Below are positions 30,976 through 40,393 of a stretch of 64,000 nucleotides of DNA, piece after piece (positions within the stretch are counted from its first letter, which is position 1; every line of letters begins with the position of its first letter). Made by a program: the position numbers and the translations under genes. This DNA is from Alkalispirochaeta sp. (GTDB lineage: Bacteria; Spirochaetota; Spirochaetia; DSM-27196; Alkalispirochaetaceae). Below the pieces are notes generated by a model that searched no databases, was not told the origin of the DNA, and saw only the letters and a program-made list of their open reading frames with translations. The DNA lies in the NCBI GenBank assembly GCA_965601925.1, contig OZ271854.1, forward strand, positions 4,384,001 through 4,448,000, in the 5' to 3' direction.

Positions 30976-31677
30976 ATGCATACCGTTCTTCTTGCATCCA
31001 ACAACGATCACAAACGCCGTGAGATGGAGGGGATTCTCCGCCAGCTCGACGCCGCCGTGACGATCGTTCAGCCTCGCGACGTGGGGTTTCGATACGATTG
31101 TGACGAAATCGGCGACACCTTTTCCGCCAACGCGTGGCTGAAGGCGTGGGGGTTGTTCCGACTCATACGCGGAGCCGCCGAATCCCACATCTCCGTCGAC
31201 GAGGACCCGCGGAAGATCGCGGAGCGCGTTCACGATACGTTCGGGAGCGAACTGCCACCGGTGTTAGCCGACGATTCGGGCATCTGCGTCCACGCTTTGG
31301 ACAACCGCCCGGGCGTCTTCTCCGCCCGATTCGGGAGCGAGCAGGGTCGTCCCGATCTCGGCGATGAGGGGCGTAACGATCTACTCTTGGAGCGCATGCG
31401 AGGGATCGATGAGCGCTCGTCGCACTACGTGTGCAACGCATGTCTCATCCAGGACGAGGATCGCCACATTCAGGTGCAGGAGACGTGGTACGGGACCATT
31501 CTGAGCGAACGCAAGCCGGGGGATACAGGATTCGGATACGATCCGATCGTATGGCTCGCCGACTACGAGTGCTCGGTCGCACAGTTACCGAGTGCTCAAA
31601 AGGACCGAATATCGCATAGGGCGAAGGCTGTACAGTCCGTCGCCGTGGCAGCGGGTTGGCGTACCGACGGGCCGTGA
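30976..31677 (+). CDS. rdgB: Non-canonical purine NTP pyrophosphatase (RdgB/Ham1)
   Basis: LASNNDHKRRE, ADDSG, PGVFSARF, GFGYDP, KDRISHRAKA. Confidence 0.9.
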   Translation: MHTVLLASNNDHKRREMEGILRQLDAAVTIVQPRDVGFRYDCDEIGDTFSANAWLKAWGLFRLIRGAAESHISVDEDPRKIAERVHDTFGSELPPVLADDSGICVHALDNRPGVFSARFGSEQGRPDLGDEGRNDLLLERMRGIDERSSHYVCNACLIQDEDRHIQVQETWYGTILSERKPGDTGFGYDPIVWLADYECSVAQLPSAQKDRISHRAKAVQSVAVAAGWRTDGP

Positions 31678-31752
31678 CCGTTTTTGCGCCGCAATCGGTA
31701 TCGACTTGTCGGTGTTCTTGACACGTGCGTGATTGTCGGCCTAGCTTCTGCC

Positions 31753-33549
31753 ATGAGCGTTATACCGGAACGAACTGATATCCCGACCGAACACAAATGG
31801 AATCTCTCCAAGCTCTATACCGACTCGTCGCTGTGGGACGAGGGCTTGCGGCTCTTGGCCGATTACAACGAACGGATCGAGTCGTATCAGGGGCGCCTCG
31901 CGGAATCCGCGGCCGCGCTACGGGAGTACTTGGACCTCTCAGTCGAGGTGGGATTGCTGGAGGAACGCCTCGGATACTACGCGATGTTGCGACAATCGGA
32001 GGACGCGGGCGACGGGACCAACCAAGACCGCTACGGTCGCTTTATGCAGGTCGCTGCAAAGATCGGGGCAACGATGAGTTTTTTCGCGCCGGAGCTCCAA
32101 CAGATACCCGCCGAGCGAATGGGTGAGCTACTCGACGACCCGTCGCTTTCGGACTATCGTATATCGCTTGAGAAGGTGCTTCGATACCGCCCGCATACGC
32201 TCTCTCCGTCCGAAGAGCGACTGTTGGCACTCCAGGAGGAGTCCAACCAAACGGCTTCGAACAGTTTTCGTGCGCTCGTAGACGTCGACTTGGACTTCGG
32301 AATCGTGGAGACTCCCGAAGGACCGCGCCCTCTCAGCCAGTCGAGCTTCGGCAGTCTCCAGGAACACCGCGACCGAGCCGTACGCGAGCGCTCCTTTACT
32401 CAGTTTTACGGCTACTTCGACGCCCATAAAAACACCCTCGCCGCCCTCCTCGCCGGGAGCGTGCAACTCGACGTGTACCGCGCACGGGTGCGCAAGTTTC
32501 CCTCTGCGCTCGAGGCGCGGCTCTTTCCCGATCGCGTTCCCGTGACGGTGTATGAGAGCCTTGTCGACACCGTGCGCGAGCATCTACCGCATCTCCATCG
32601 GTACTACGAGATACGCCGCCGCGCCCTCGGACTCGAAGCGTTGGCGGCGTGGGACACCAAACCGGCCCTCGTCCCGGACATCACGATAGACACCCCTTAC
32701 GAAGGCGCGGTAGAGACCGTTGCCGAGGCCCTCACTCCATTGGGGGACGAGTACGTCGAGACGCTTCGTTCCGGGTTGTTGGGAGGTTGGGTCGACCGGT
32801 ACGAAAACAAGGGCAAACGCTCAGGCGCGTTCTCTGCGGGGAGCTACGTCGGTGATCCGTACATCCTCCTCAACTACAAAGCAGATACGCTTCGTGACGT
32901 ATTTACCCTCGCCCACGAAGCGGGACACAGCATGCACTCCTGGTATTCGGTACGCAACAATCCGTTCCAACACTACGACTACACGATCTTCGAGGCCGAG
33001 GTTGCCAGCACCTTTAACGAGCAACTGTTGATGGAGCACATGCTCGCGTCGACCGCCGACCCGGCGATGCGCGCCTACCTCATTACGAAGCACATTGACG
33101 ATATTCTGGCGACGCTCTTTCGCCAGACGATGTTTGCGGAGTACGAACGAGCGATTCACGCCATGGTGGAGAGCGGGCAAGCGTTGACCGTCGACTCTCT
33201 GCGCCTGCGCTATCGCGAACTGCTGCAAGCGTACTTCGGACCCGACGTGCATCTACCGGAAACGCTCGACCTCGAGGGGATGCGTATCCCCCACTTCTAC
33301 CGCGCCTTCTACGTATACAAGTACGCCACGGGAATTTCGGCCGCGATCACCTTGGCCCGACAAGTGCTCCGGGGCGGCATGAAGGAGCGAGAAGACTACT
33401 TCGCTTTTCTGAAGTCCGGCGGCTCGCGCTATCCGATCGATGCACTGCGCGTTGCCGGCGTCGATACCGAGACGGCGGCTCCCGTCCGTGTGGCCATGGA
33501 CGTGTTTCGCAACCGTCTGGACCAACTCGAGGAGGCTCTCGGCGTGTAG
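31753..33549 (+). CDS. pepF: Oligoendopeptidase F (M3B)
   Basis: KWNLSKLY, GKRSGAFS, TLAHEAGHSMHS, AEVAST, PHFY...YVYKYATG. Confidence 0.95.
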   Translation: MSVIPERTDIPTEHKWNLSKLYTDSSLWDEGLRLLADYNERIESYQGRLAESAAALREYLDLSVEVGLLEERLGYYAMLRQSEDAGDGTNQDRYGRFMQVAAKIGATMSFFAPELQQIPAERMGELLDDPSLSDYRISLEKVLRYRPHTLSPSEERLLALQEESNQTASNSFRALVDVDLDFGIVETPEGPRPLSQSSFGSLQEHRDRAVRERSFTQFYGYFDAHKNTLAALLAGSVQLDVYRARVRKFPSALEARLFPDRVPVTVYESLVDTVREHLPHLHRYYEIRRRALGLEALAAWDTKPALVPDITIDTPYEGAVETVAEALTPLGDEYVETLRSGLLGGWVDRYENKGKRSGAFSAGSYVGDPYILLNYKADTLRDVFTLAHEAGHSMHSWYSVRNNPFQHYDYTIFEAEVASTFNEQLLMEHMLASTADPAMRAYLITKHIDDILATLFRQTMFAEYERAIHAMVESGQALTVDSLRLRYRELLQAYFGPDVHLPETLDLEGMRIPHFYRAFYVYKYATGISAAITLARQVLRGGMKEREDYFAFLKSGGSRYPIDALRVAGVDTETAAPVRVAMDVFRNRLDQLEEALGV

Positions 33550-33580
33550 CGAACGAGAAGCTTCGAACACGTGTCGTATA

Positions 33581-33609
33581 TTGACACGAGTATAGGCCCG
33601 TGATATAGT
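33581..33609 (+). promoter_or_regulatory. sigma70 promoter of tRNA-Leu
   Basis: TTGACA-17bp-TATAGT with extended -10 TG. Confidence 0.85.
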
Positions 33610-33623
33610 CCGGCTCTGTCAAC

Positions 33624-33707
33624 GCGGCAGTGGCGGAACTGGTAGACGCGCTAGCTTGAGGGGCTAGTGGCCGCAAGGTCGTGGAGGTTCAAGTCCTCTC
33701 TGCCGCA
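33624..33707 (+). tRNA. tRNA-Leu(GAG)
   Basis: Acceptor GCGGCAG/CTGCCGC; CTAGC-TTGAGGG-GCTAG; long variable arm. Confidence 0.95.
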
Positions 33708-33710
33708 TGA

Positions 33711-33759
33711 ATAAACCCCGGTGAGGTAACATATTATCCCGCCGGGGTTTGTTTTTATT
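33711..33759 (+). terminator. Intrinsic terminator after tRNA-Leu
   Basis: AAACCCCGG...CCGGGGTTT stem followed by GTTTTTATT. Confidence 0.75.
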
Positions 33760-33899
33760 CTTCCTTCTTCGAGTCTTGAAACGTGCATGTGCGATAAGAT
33801 CGGAGCGCACCGGTAGCCCGAGGGGCGTTACGCCGAAGCCTGATCGATCGCCGTGGCGAACGGGTCCCAAGGGATCATGAGCTGCGGAGCGCCGGTCGC

Positions 33900-34109
33900 T
33901 CAATCCGCTGCGTGCCGATCCTCAACGAGTGACTCTTCGGCGTTCGACTCGCAGCTCGTGCCGGTCCGAATCAACACCACCGTCGGCGACTTTCTACGAC
34001 GTATACGGCGATCGGTTCGCGGGCGACCGTCGATGCGCAATGCCTGCAACGTTCGCTCGTGCTCTATTTGGCGATAGATCGTGAGAAATTCGTAATCGTG
34101 ATTGAACAT
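33900..34109 (-). CDS. Small hypothetical protein divergent from WYL regulator
   Basis: 69-aa ORF with GGGGA RBS; no motif. Confidence 0.35.
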   Translation of the reverse strand: MFNHDYEFLTIYRQIEHERTLQALRIDGRPRTDRRIRRRKSPTVVLIRTGTSCESNAEESLVEDRHAAD

Positions 34110-34230
34110 GGCATCCCCCGATTGACTCGACGATGCCTCAACGATACCATCAAAGGCGGGCGTTTTCGGTCCGCTTTTTATAATGTCACCGTTTTAACGG
34201 ACAAAATAGCGGGCCTTGGGAGACCGCGCT

Positions 34231-35211
34231 ATGTACCATCCTACGAGCCGGGTACTGACCGTACTGGAACTCCTCCAATACAGACCGGGTATAACCGGTC
34301 CGGAACTCTCCGAGCGGCTGGAAGTTGATACACGAACGGTTCGGAGATACATAGAGAAGCTCAAAGACGTCGGTATACCGATCGAGTCGCTGACCGGTCG
34401 ATACGGCGGATACCGATTGCGTGCGGGTTACAAGGTACCGCCGCTGATATTCACCGAAGAGGAGGCAACGGCGCTCGTACTGGGGCTTATCGGAAGTCCC
34501 CGGTTGGGAATAGAGCAGCCTCCCGCTGCGATTGCCGCAGCCATCTCCAAGATTACGAGGGTTCTCTCTCACGACGCGCGAGAGCGGTTACACGCCCTCT
34601 CGTCCCTTCTGGTGCTTTCGGAAGCTCGCTCAGCCTCGAGGCCGAAGGCGGCTCTCCTCATCGATCTCAGCCAAGCGGTCCAATCCGGCCGCACGATCCG
34701 ACTAACCTACACCTCGGCGAAAGGGACGACGACGGTGCGGGTCGTGGAGCCCTACGGACTCGTGGGGCTGAAATCACGGTGGTATGTGGTCGGGTTCTGT
34801 CGTCTGCGCGACGACTTCAGGACATTTCGGCTCGACCGCATAGTCGAAGTCGACGTTCAAAAGTCCACTTTTACGCGCAACAACGCGTTCGACTATCGCG
34901 CTTACGTCGAAGAGCATTTGGAGACGTACCCCGGCCCGATTGCGTACACGGTAATCTTCGACAGCGATATGGAAACGGCGCGTAGGCGTCTTGCGGGCGC
35001 TGCGGGACGACTGGCCGAAGGACCGTCAGGGGTAATCTTCACGGGGCGCACCGACGACTACGAGTACGAGGCGGCGTATCTTGCGAGTCTGAGGCTCCCC
35101 TTTACGGTCGTTGAGCCGCCGGACTTGCGGCACGCGGTTGCGACGCTCGGCCGACGACTTCAAGTGAGTGCCGCCGATCCGGCCGATGATAGGCCATGCG
35201 ACAACGGGTAG
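34231..35211 (+). CDS. YafY-like HTH-WYL-WCX transcriptional regulator
   Basis: ELSERLEVDTRTVRRYI HTH, GRYGGYRL, PPLIFTEEEA, VEPYGL...WYVVGFC..RDDFRTFRLDRI. Confidence 0.93.
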   Translation: MYHPTSRVLTVLELLQYRPGITGPELSERLEVDTRTVRRYIEKLKDVGIPIESLTGRYGGYRLRAGYKVPPLIFTEEEATALVLGLIGSPRLGIEQPPAAIAAAISKITRVLSHDARERLHALSSLLVLSEARSASRPKAALLIDLSQAVQSGRTIRLTYTSAKGTTTVRVVEPYGLVGLKSRWYVVGFCRLRDDFRTFRLDRIVEVDVQKSTFTRNNAFDYRAYVEEHLETYPGPIAYTVIFDSDMETARRRLAGAAGRLAEGPSGVIFTGRTDDYEYEAAYLASLRLPFTVVEPPDLRHAVATLGRRLQVSAADPADDRPCDNG

Positions 35212-35232
35212 CGAACACGATCCTGCGCCGCG

Positions 35233-38200
35233 CTACTCCAGAGCCCAATCGGTGGAGAAGATCGTCTCGCTCCGATCCGTGGCGCGTCGCGGCGAGGAGC
35301 CGTCATCATCAAACAGGGCGAACCGGCGGGCAAGGTTAGGACTCCGATCCGACACGACTTCGTAAATGTCCCGCGCCTCCTCTCGGTCGCCCGTCTCCCA
35401 GTAGGAAACTGCAAGGCCCAAGAGGACGCGAAGATTCTCCGGCTCGACGGAGCGGGCGCGCTCCAGGTAGATCTGGGCTCTTTCGTGGTGGCCGTGGATC
35501 GCCAGTATGTTCGCCTGGTTAATGAGGGCCGGCACGTACTCCCGGTCTGCAAACGCGGCTTGGAAGTGTCCGGTTGCCTCGTCAAAGAGGCCGTACATCG
35601 CATAGAGAAGCCCGAGTCGGTTATTCGTCGCGGGGCCGCGATTCTCACCCGTCGCCGCACGTATCTGCGGATCGAGCTCGATCCCACGAAACGCGTCCAG
35701 TTCGTCGTTCACCGCCTCGGCGATGCGAACATCCTCAGGCGCCGCGGCCGAGTCCCGGTTCGCCGGGTACGCGGCGATGGCGACCGGTGCATACTCGGAC
35801 CACGCCTCGCGAGTGGTGAAGAATCCGACGTTTCCCGCATCCACCGCTCGCCGCCACTGCAGTGCTCCGACTCGCCACGCTCGGGTGAATCCCTCGTCCA
35901 ATATGGTCGTCTCGATCGGCATCCACACTCGTCCGTCGTGTATGATCATCGCCTCGGGCGAGGAAAAGAACTCTCCGACACGGCTATACTCGATACCGGT
36001 GTCGAAGGCGATAAAGATGTGCCCGGGTGTCGTAATGAATGCCGTTGCGACGCCGACCGACTCAAGAAGCGAGGCGTACAGCACCGACAGATCGTCGCAG
36101 TCACCGGCCCCGACGGCGAGCGTCTCGTGGGGAAACCGGACGAAATCGACGATGCGGCTCTCCTGCGACACGATCTCAAACGCCAGGTTGGGGTCAATGA
36201 GGTATTCGATACCGGCGAGCCGGAGCGACTCGTACAATCGCATCGCGTAGTGCAGGTTACGCGTGAGAACCGGGGTCGTGGTCGCCCGCCCCGCGGTCGC
36301 GATCTCTCCCGACCACGCGAGGACCGCAGGGTGCGCGATGGTCATAAAGGCTCCGATTTTACGATCGTCATCCCATTGAATGGCGTTGCGACCGAGGAGC
36401 CTCACGTGACGATCGATCGTCCGGCGGTGGGTACGGTTGCCCCGCCGGTACGAGATCTCGACCGAGAGCGCGGCGCCGCCACCCTCGGCGGACTCCAACA
36501 CGGCAGGCGAAATGGGGCCCAAGAGCTCTACCATGACGCCCTGCCCCGCGGCGAGGGAGGTCGGGACGTCGGGACGGACCGCCGGGAGGGTGAGTCCGTC
36601 GACGGCGTACCGTAGCGAAACGTCGCTGACGATGCCCGTACCGACATTCTCCAGGATGAAACGCCCAAAGGGTTCACGCTCGTACCGCCCGTGCAACGTC
36701 GGGAAGATGCCGTCAAGAGCGAACTCTCGAACCACGAGATCGGGGCCCACACGGATCGCCGGAACGAGATGGGCCGCTGTGTTGATGCGCTCACCGGTGA
36801 AGGGGTTCTGCTCCATGACGATCGGATACTCTCCCCCATCGGGATGAACGAGTCGAAAGTCGGCGTAATCGGCACCGGCATCACCGTCGTAGCGCGTCGC
36901 ACGAATCCGGGCGGCACGCCAGTCGCGATGGAGAGATCGCGCCGTGTTGCGATCGAGATGCAACCACGCATCGGTGTCGAGAACCGAGATCGAGTAGCGT
37001 TGTCGATCGATGTCGTAGGTCCCCTGCCCTTGGAGTACGGTCATAACGTCATAGAGCGCCACGGGATTGGAGACGCGCTCGACGCCGTACCGTCCTTCGA
37101 TCGCCTCCTGTATCCTCTCTCGGATACGAGTCCGGGCGAGTTCGACGCGATCGTTGTATTCGGCTGAGGTTTCGAACATATCGCGCGGCGCGAGGGCTGC
37201 GGTACCGACGCGCTCTATGATCTCCGACACGATCTCGGGTGTCAAAGCGCGACGTTGGGCGACGGAGAGATCGGCGACAAGGGCGCCGATTACAAGACCG
37301 AGGGGCGAGCCGACGAGGCCGCGCACGTCGAAAGTCGCTAAGGCGTTTTCGTCTGCGGTCGTGGCCACGAGAAGACGGCTACCGTCGCCGGAGATCTCGA
37401 CATCGTTCGCGACCGGTTGTTGTGTCGCCGTCGTTACGCTCTCTACCCACTCCGATCCGTCGGGCACCCACCACCGCAGGAATCTGAAATGACCGCTGAC
37501 GAGGGCGCCGCCGTCCGGTGAGAAGGCGAGACTATAGACGACGCCCAGGTCGATATCGCGAATCTCCTGGACGAGACTCAGTGCGTCGTCGCCGAGGCGA
37601 AAGAGGAGGATCGCATCGCGATAGCCCGCCGCCACCAGATCGCCGTTGGGGTTAACGGCGATCTGGTATATGTCGTTGCTGATGTTGCGGTCCTCAAACT
37701 CGTAGTGGAGAACGCGCTCGATATGCCCCTGCTCAACGGAGTAGACGGAGACGCTGCGCACCACGCTATCGGTCGTACTCGCGACGAAACGGTCGCCCCC
37801 GGGGAGAAACTCGATCGCCTTGACCGCCGGCGCAAACTCCGTGATGGTGTGACGTTCTACGAATCCTCTCTGGTCGCGCTCCTCCAAGCGACCTCCGTCG
37901 CGCTCCTCCAAGCGACTCTGGTCGCGCTCCCACAGGACGATTTCGTTGTACGACGCCGAGACGAGTCGCCGTCCGTCGGGACTGAGGGCGAGCGCCCCGG
38001 GAGTGTTCTCGTGGCCTCGTAAGACCTCGATCGGCTCGCCGGTTGCGAGGTCGCATATGCAGATATCATGATCGTTGCGAGCCGACGGAAAGATAACGTA
38101 CGACTCGTCCGGCGCAAACTGGATCACCGAACCGGCCTCTAGGCTACCGGCCCAATAGAAGCTCATACGGTGGCGCCACAACTCACGGAGGTCCGCGTCG

Positions 38201-38400
38201 AAGACCGTGACTGAGTTGCCCTCCGTCGTGTCGTACATTGCGACGTAGCTTCCGAATCGAGAGATCTCCACATCCCCTACTCGGGACGCGTCGGCAACCA
38301 GCGCGCCCGCGGAGACCTCGATACCCTGAGCAAGGGCCGAGGAGACCGTCGCCGCAACCAACAACACGATACCGGCACACATCGACTTTTCGTATAACAC
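35233..38400 (-). CDS. Large exported WD40 / transglutaminase-like / TPR protein
   Basis: Signal peptide; WD40 repeats (LRGHENTPGALALSPDG, VYSLAFSPDG); GDCDDLSVLYASLLESVG..PGHIF; C-terminal TPRs; start 38400 or 38382. Confidence 0.85.
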   Translation of the reverse strand: MLYEKSMCAGIVLLVAATVSSALAQGIEVSAGALVADASRVGDVEISRFGSYVAMYDTTEGNSVTVFDADLRELWRHRMSFYWAGSLEAGSVIQFAPDESYVIFPSARNDHDICICDLATGEPIEVLRGHENTPGALALSPDGRRLVSASYNEIVLWERDQSRLEERDGGRLEERDQRGFVERHTITEFAPAVKAIEFLPGGDRFVASTTDSVVRSVSVYSVEQGHIERVLHYEFEDRNISNDIYQIAVNPNGDLVAAGYRDAILLFRLGDDALSLVQEIRDIDLGVVYSLAFSPDGGALVSGHFRFLRWWVPDGSEWVESVTTATQQPVANDVEISGDGSRLLVATTADENALATFDVRGLVGSPLGLVIGALVADLSVAQRRALTPEIVSEIIERVGTAALAPRDMFETSAEYNDRVELARTRIRERIQEAIEGRYGVERVSNPVALYDVMTVLQGQGTYDIDRQRYSISVLDTDAWLHLDRNTARSLHRDWRAARIRATRYDGDAGADYADFRLVHPDGGEYPIVMEQNPFTGERINTAAHLVPAIRVGPDLVVREFALDGIFPTLHGRYEREPFGRFILENVGTGIVSDVSLRYAVDGLTLPAVRPDVPTSLAAGQGVMVELLGPISPAVLESAEGGGAALSVEISYRRGNRTHRRTIDRHVRLLGRNAIQWDDDRKIGAFMTIAHPAVLAWSGEIATAGRATTTPVLTRNLHYAMRLYESLRLAGIEYLIDPNLAFEIVSQESRIVDFVRFPHETLAVGAGDCDDLSVLYASLLESVGVATAFITTPGHIFIAFDTGIEYSRVGEFFSSPEAMIIHDGRVWMPIETTILDEGFTRAWRVGALQWRRAVDAGNVGFFTTREAWSEYAPVAIAAYPANRDSAAAPEDVRIAEAVNDELDAFRGIELDPQIRAATGENRGPATNNRLGLLYAMYGLFDEATGHFQAAFADREYVPALINQANILAIHGHHERAQIYLERARSVEPENLRVLLGLAVSYWETGDREEARDIYEVVSDRSPNLARRFALFDDDGSSPRRATDRSETIFSTDWALE
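37868..37930. repeat. In-frame 24-bp tandem repeat (about 2.6 copies)
   Basis: CTCTGGTCGCGCTCCTCCAAGCGA / CCTCCGTCGCGCTCCTCCAAGCGA / CTCTGGTCGCGCTCC; encodes ERDQSRLEERDGGRLEERDQR. Confidence 0.9.
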
Positions 38401-38708
38401 TTCGTATCCCCCGACCCGTTCTACAATATAGCACGGAGAAAGAGGCGTATAGATTGAAACGCGGCAATCAAAGGCTTGTGAGTACGAAGAAACTCCGCGG
38501 CTACTTTTTTATCATCGGTCCGAGGCATCGTCTTTGATCGGTGTTCTCACGACGGCCGTTTACGAGGGCCGGGAGGAGGCGGCACGATATGTCTTCCGGT
38601 CGTAAGGACGGCTGTTGGAGAGGCGCCGTCGGGATAGGACGATAAGGCGAAACACGTCGCACCATCGACAAACAGCGCGCCGCACGTCCTGAAGCATCGT
38701 AACGCGAA

Positions 38709-39272
38709 TCAAAGGCCGTTCGCCGCCGCCAGAATCAGCACCTTCAACGTCGCCAACAGGTCAAGGAGATGATCCTTACTCTCGGCATCGCGCTTGAAGC
38801 CTGCGGCCGCATGACGAGCGCAGTCGGCGAGTTGCAGCGGGCTCAAACCGTTGTTTGCTATAGCGTGCCGATGGGGGGCAAAGGCCTCTTCATACAGTTT
38901 TCGGTACAGCTCGCCGGCCCGCGCGGCTTCTTGCTTCGTGGCGTCGTTGAAGCCGTCGATTACGTCTCCCGCCTCGGGCATCGCGCGGATCGTCTCGAAC
39001 GGCTTGACGACGGTGTGATCGAACACGACATCTAATCGCGGGCCTAGCGCCTCGACGTACTTCCACTCGCGGCGCACCGTTGCCGTAGCCTCCTCGACGT
39101 GGCGGCGAATCGTGCCGCGTAGCACCTCGTCCTTGTTCGCGAAGATGTTGTAGAGCGTTTGGCGGACGATTCCCGCCTCCGCCGCGATGTCGTTCATCGT
39201 CGTCCTTTTCACGCCGTAGCGCGAAAAGACGCGGATCGCCGCTTCTATAATCTGATTTTTCTTTTCATCCAC
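38709..39272 (-). CDS. TetR/AcrR family regulator
   Basis: IIEAAIRVFSRYGVKRTTMNDIAAEAGIVRQTLYNIFANKDEV. Confidence 0.93.
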   Translation of the reverse strand: MDEKKNQIIEAAIRVFSRYGVKRTTMNDIAAEAGIVRQTLYNIFANKDEVLRGTIRRHVEEATATVRREWKYVEALGPRLDVVFDHTVVKPFETIRAMPEAGDVIDGFNDATKQEAARAGELYRKLYEEAFAPHRHAIANNGLSPLQLADCARHAAAGFKRDAESKDHLLDLLATLKVLILAAANGL

Positions 39273-39283
39273 AGAAATATATT

Positions 39284-39334
39284 GACATTATCTGTCTTGT
39301 TGTACAATATATAGACAAGAAGACATTGTTTGTC
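39284..39334. promoter_or_regulatory. Paired candidate TetR operators
   Basis: GACATTATCTGTC (39284-39296) and GACATTGTTTGTC (39322-39334), both GACA-N5-TGTC, in the AT-rich divergent intergenic region. Confidence 0.6.
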
Positions 39335-39381
39335 GTTTTGACGCCAAGCGAACGGCGATGCATTTGAATGGAGAAGCACAT

Positions 39382-40329
39382 ATGAATAATCGCAGCGGCT
39401 TCGGTCGCGACACGACTACCGAAGAAGTTCTGGACGGGATCGAACTGGCAGGCGTATTGGTGTTGATCACCGGCGGCTCGTCGGGCTTGGGTGCCGAAAG
39501 CGCGAGAGCCCTCGCAGCCAAGGGCGCCCGGGTAATCGTCACCGCCCGCAACACGGAGAAAGCACGGGGCGTGGCAGACGAGATCACGGTCCGCACCGGT
39601 GCGTCGATCGAGATCGAGGAGCTGGAGCTCGGATCGTTTACGTCGATACGCGCGTTTGCCGACCGAGTCAATCGGCGAGACGACAAGATCGATATCGTGA
39701 TTAATAACGCCGGCGTCATGGCGTGCCCTTGGGGCAGAACCGAGAACGGCTTTGAGTTGCAGTTCGGCACCAACCACCTGGGACATTTCCTTATGACCAA
39801 TCTGATAACCCCGTCCCTCGCCGACGGCGGACGCATCGTATCCCTTAGCTCGTCGGGCCACCGTTTCTCAGCTATAGTCTTCGAGGACATCAACTTCGAG
39901 AACCGCGATTACGACAAGTGGCTGTCATACGGTCAGGCAAAGACCGCCAATGCGCTATTCGCGGTGGGCCTCAATAAGCGTTTGGCGTCTCGCGATATCG
40001 AGGCGTTTTCGGTTCACCCCGGCGCAATTCTGACCGACTTGGCGCGTCACCTGACCGAGGAGGACTGGAAGATGTTCCGGGAGCAACAGGCTACGGGCAC
40101 ATTGGTCCCAAAGACCGTCGAGCAGGGCGCGGCCACGCAAGTCTACACCGCCACTGCGCCGGAGATCGCCGGCAACGGCGGAGCGTATCTGGCCGATTGC
40201 GCCGTATGCGAGGTGACCGGAGACGGCGATCCGTACACAACGGTTATGCCCTACGCGGTCGATCCGGAACTCGCCGACCGACTGTGGACCGTCTCGGAAG
40301 AGATGGTCGGACAAACGTTCTTCGACTGA
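39382..40329 (+). CDS. Short-chain dehydrogenase/reductase (retinol-DH/WWOX-like)
   Basis: TGGSSGLG, NNAGVM, FGTNHLGHF, YGQAK, VHPG. Confidence 0.93.
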   Translation: MNNRSGFGRDTTTEEVLDGIELAGVLVLITGGSSGLGAESARALAAKGARVIVTARNTEKARGVADEITVRTGASIEIEELELGSFTSIRAFADRVNRRDDKIDIVINNAGVMACPWGRTENGFELQFGTNHLGHFLMTNLITPSLADGGRIVSLSSSGHRFSAIVFEDINFENRDYDKWLSYGQAKTANALFAVGLNKRLASRDIEAFSVHPGAILTDLARHLTEEDWKMFREQQATGTLVPKTVEQGAATQVYTATAPEIAGNGGAYLADCAVCEVTGDGDPYTTVMPYAVDPELADRLWTVSEEMVGQTFFD

Positions 40330-40393
40330 ATCGAGACGGTGGTTGTCGCACGTGGGCGTCGACCGCCGGACCTACTATCAAGGAGGCACGACG

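Noticed and set aside
37868..37930. CRISPR-like repeat
   Set aside because: Units are directly tandem with no spacers, lie in frame inside a CDS, and no cas genes are present
34231..38400. WYL gene plus large protein as an anti-phage defence system
   Set aside because: The genes are convergent, the WYL protein is of the stand-alone YafY type, and the large protein is exported with no nuclease or NTPase effector motif
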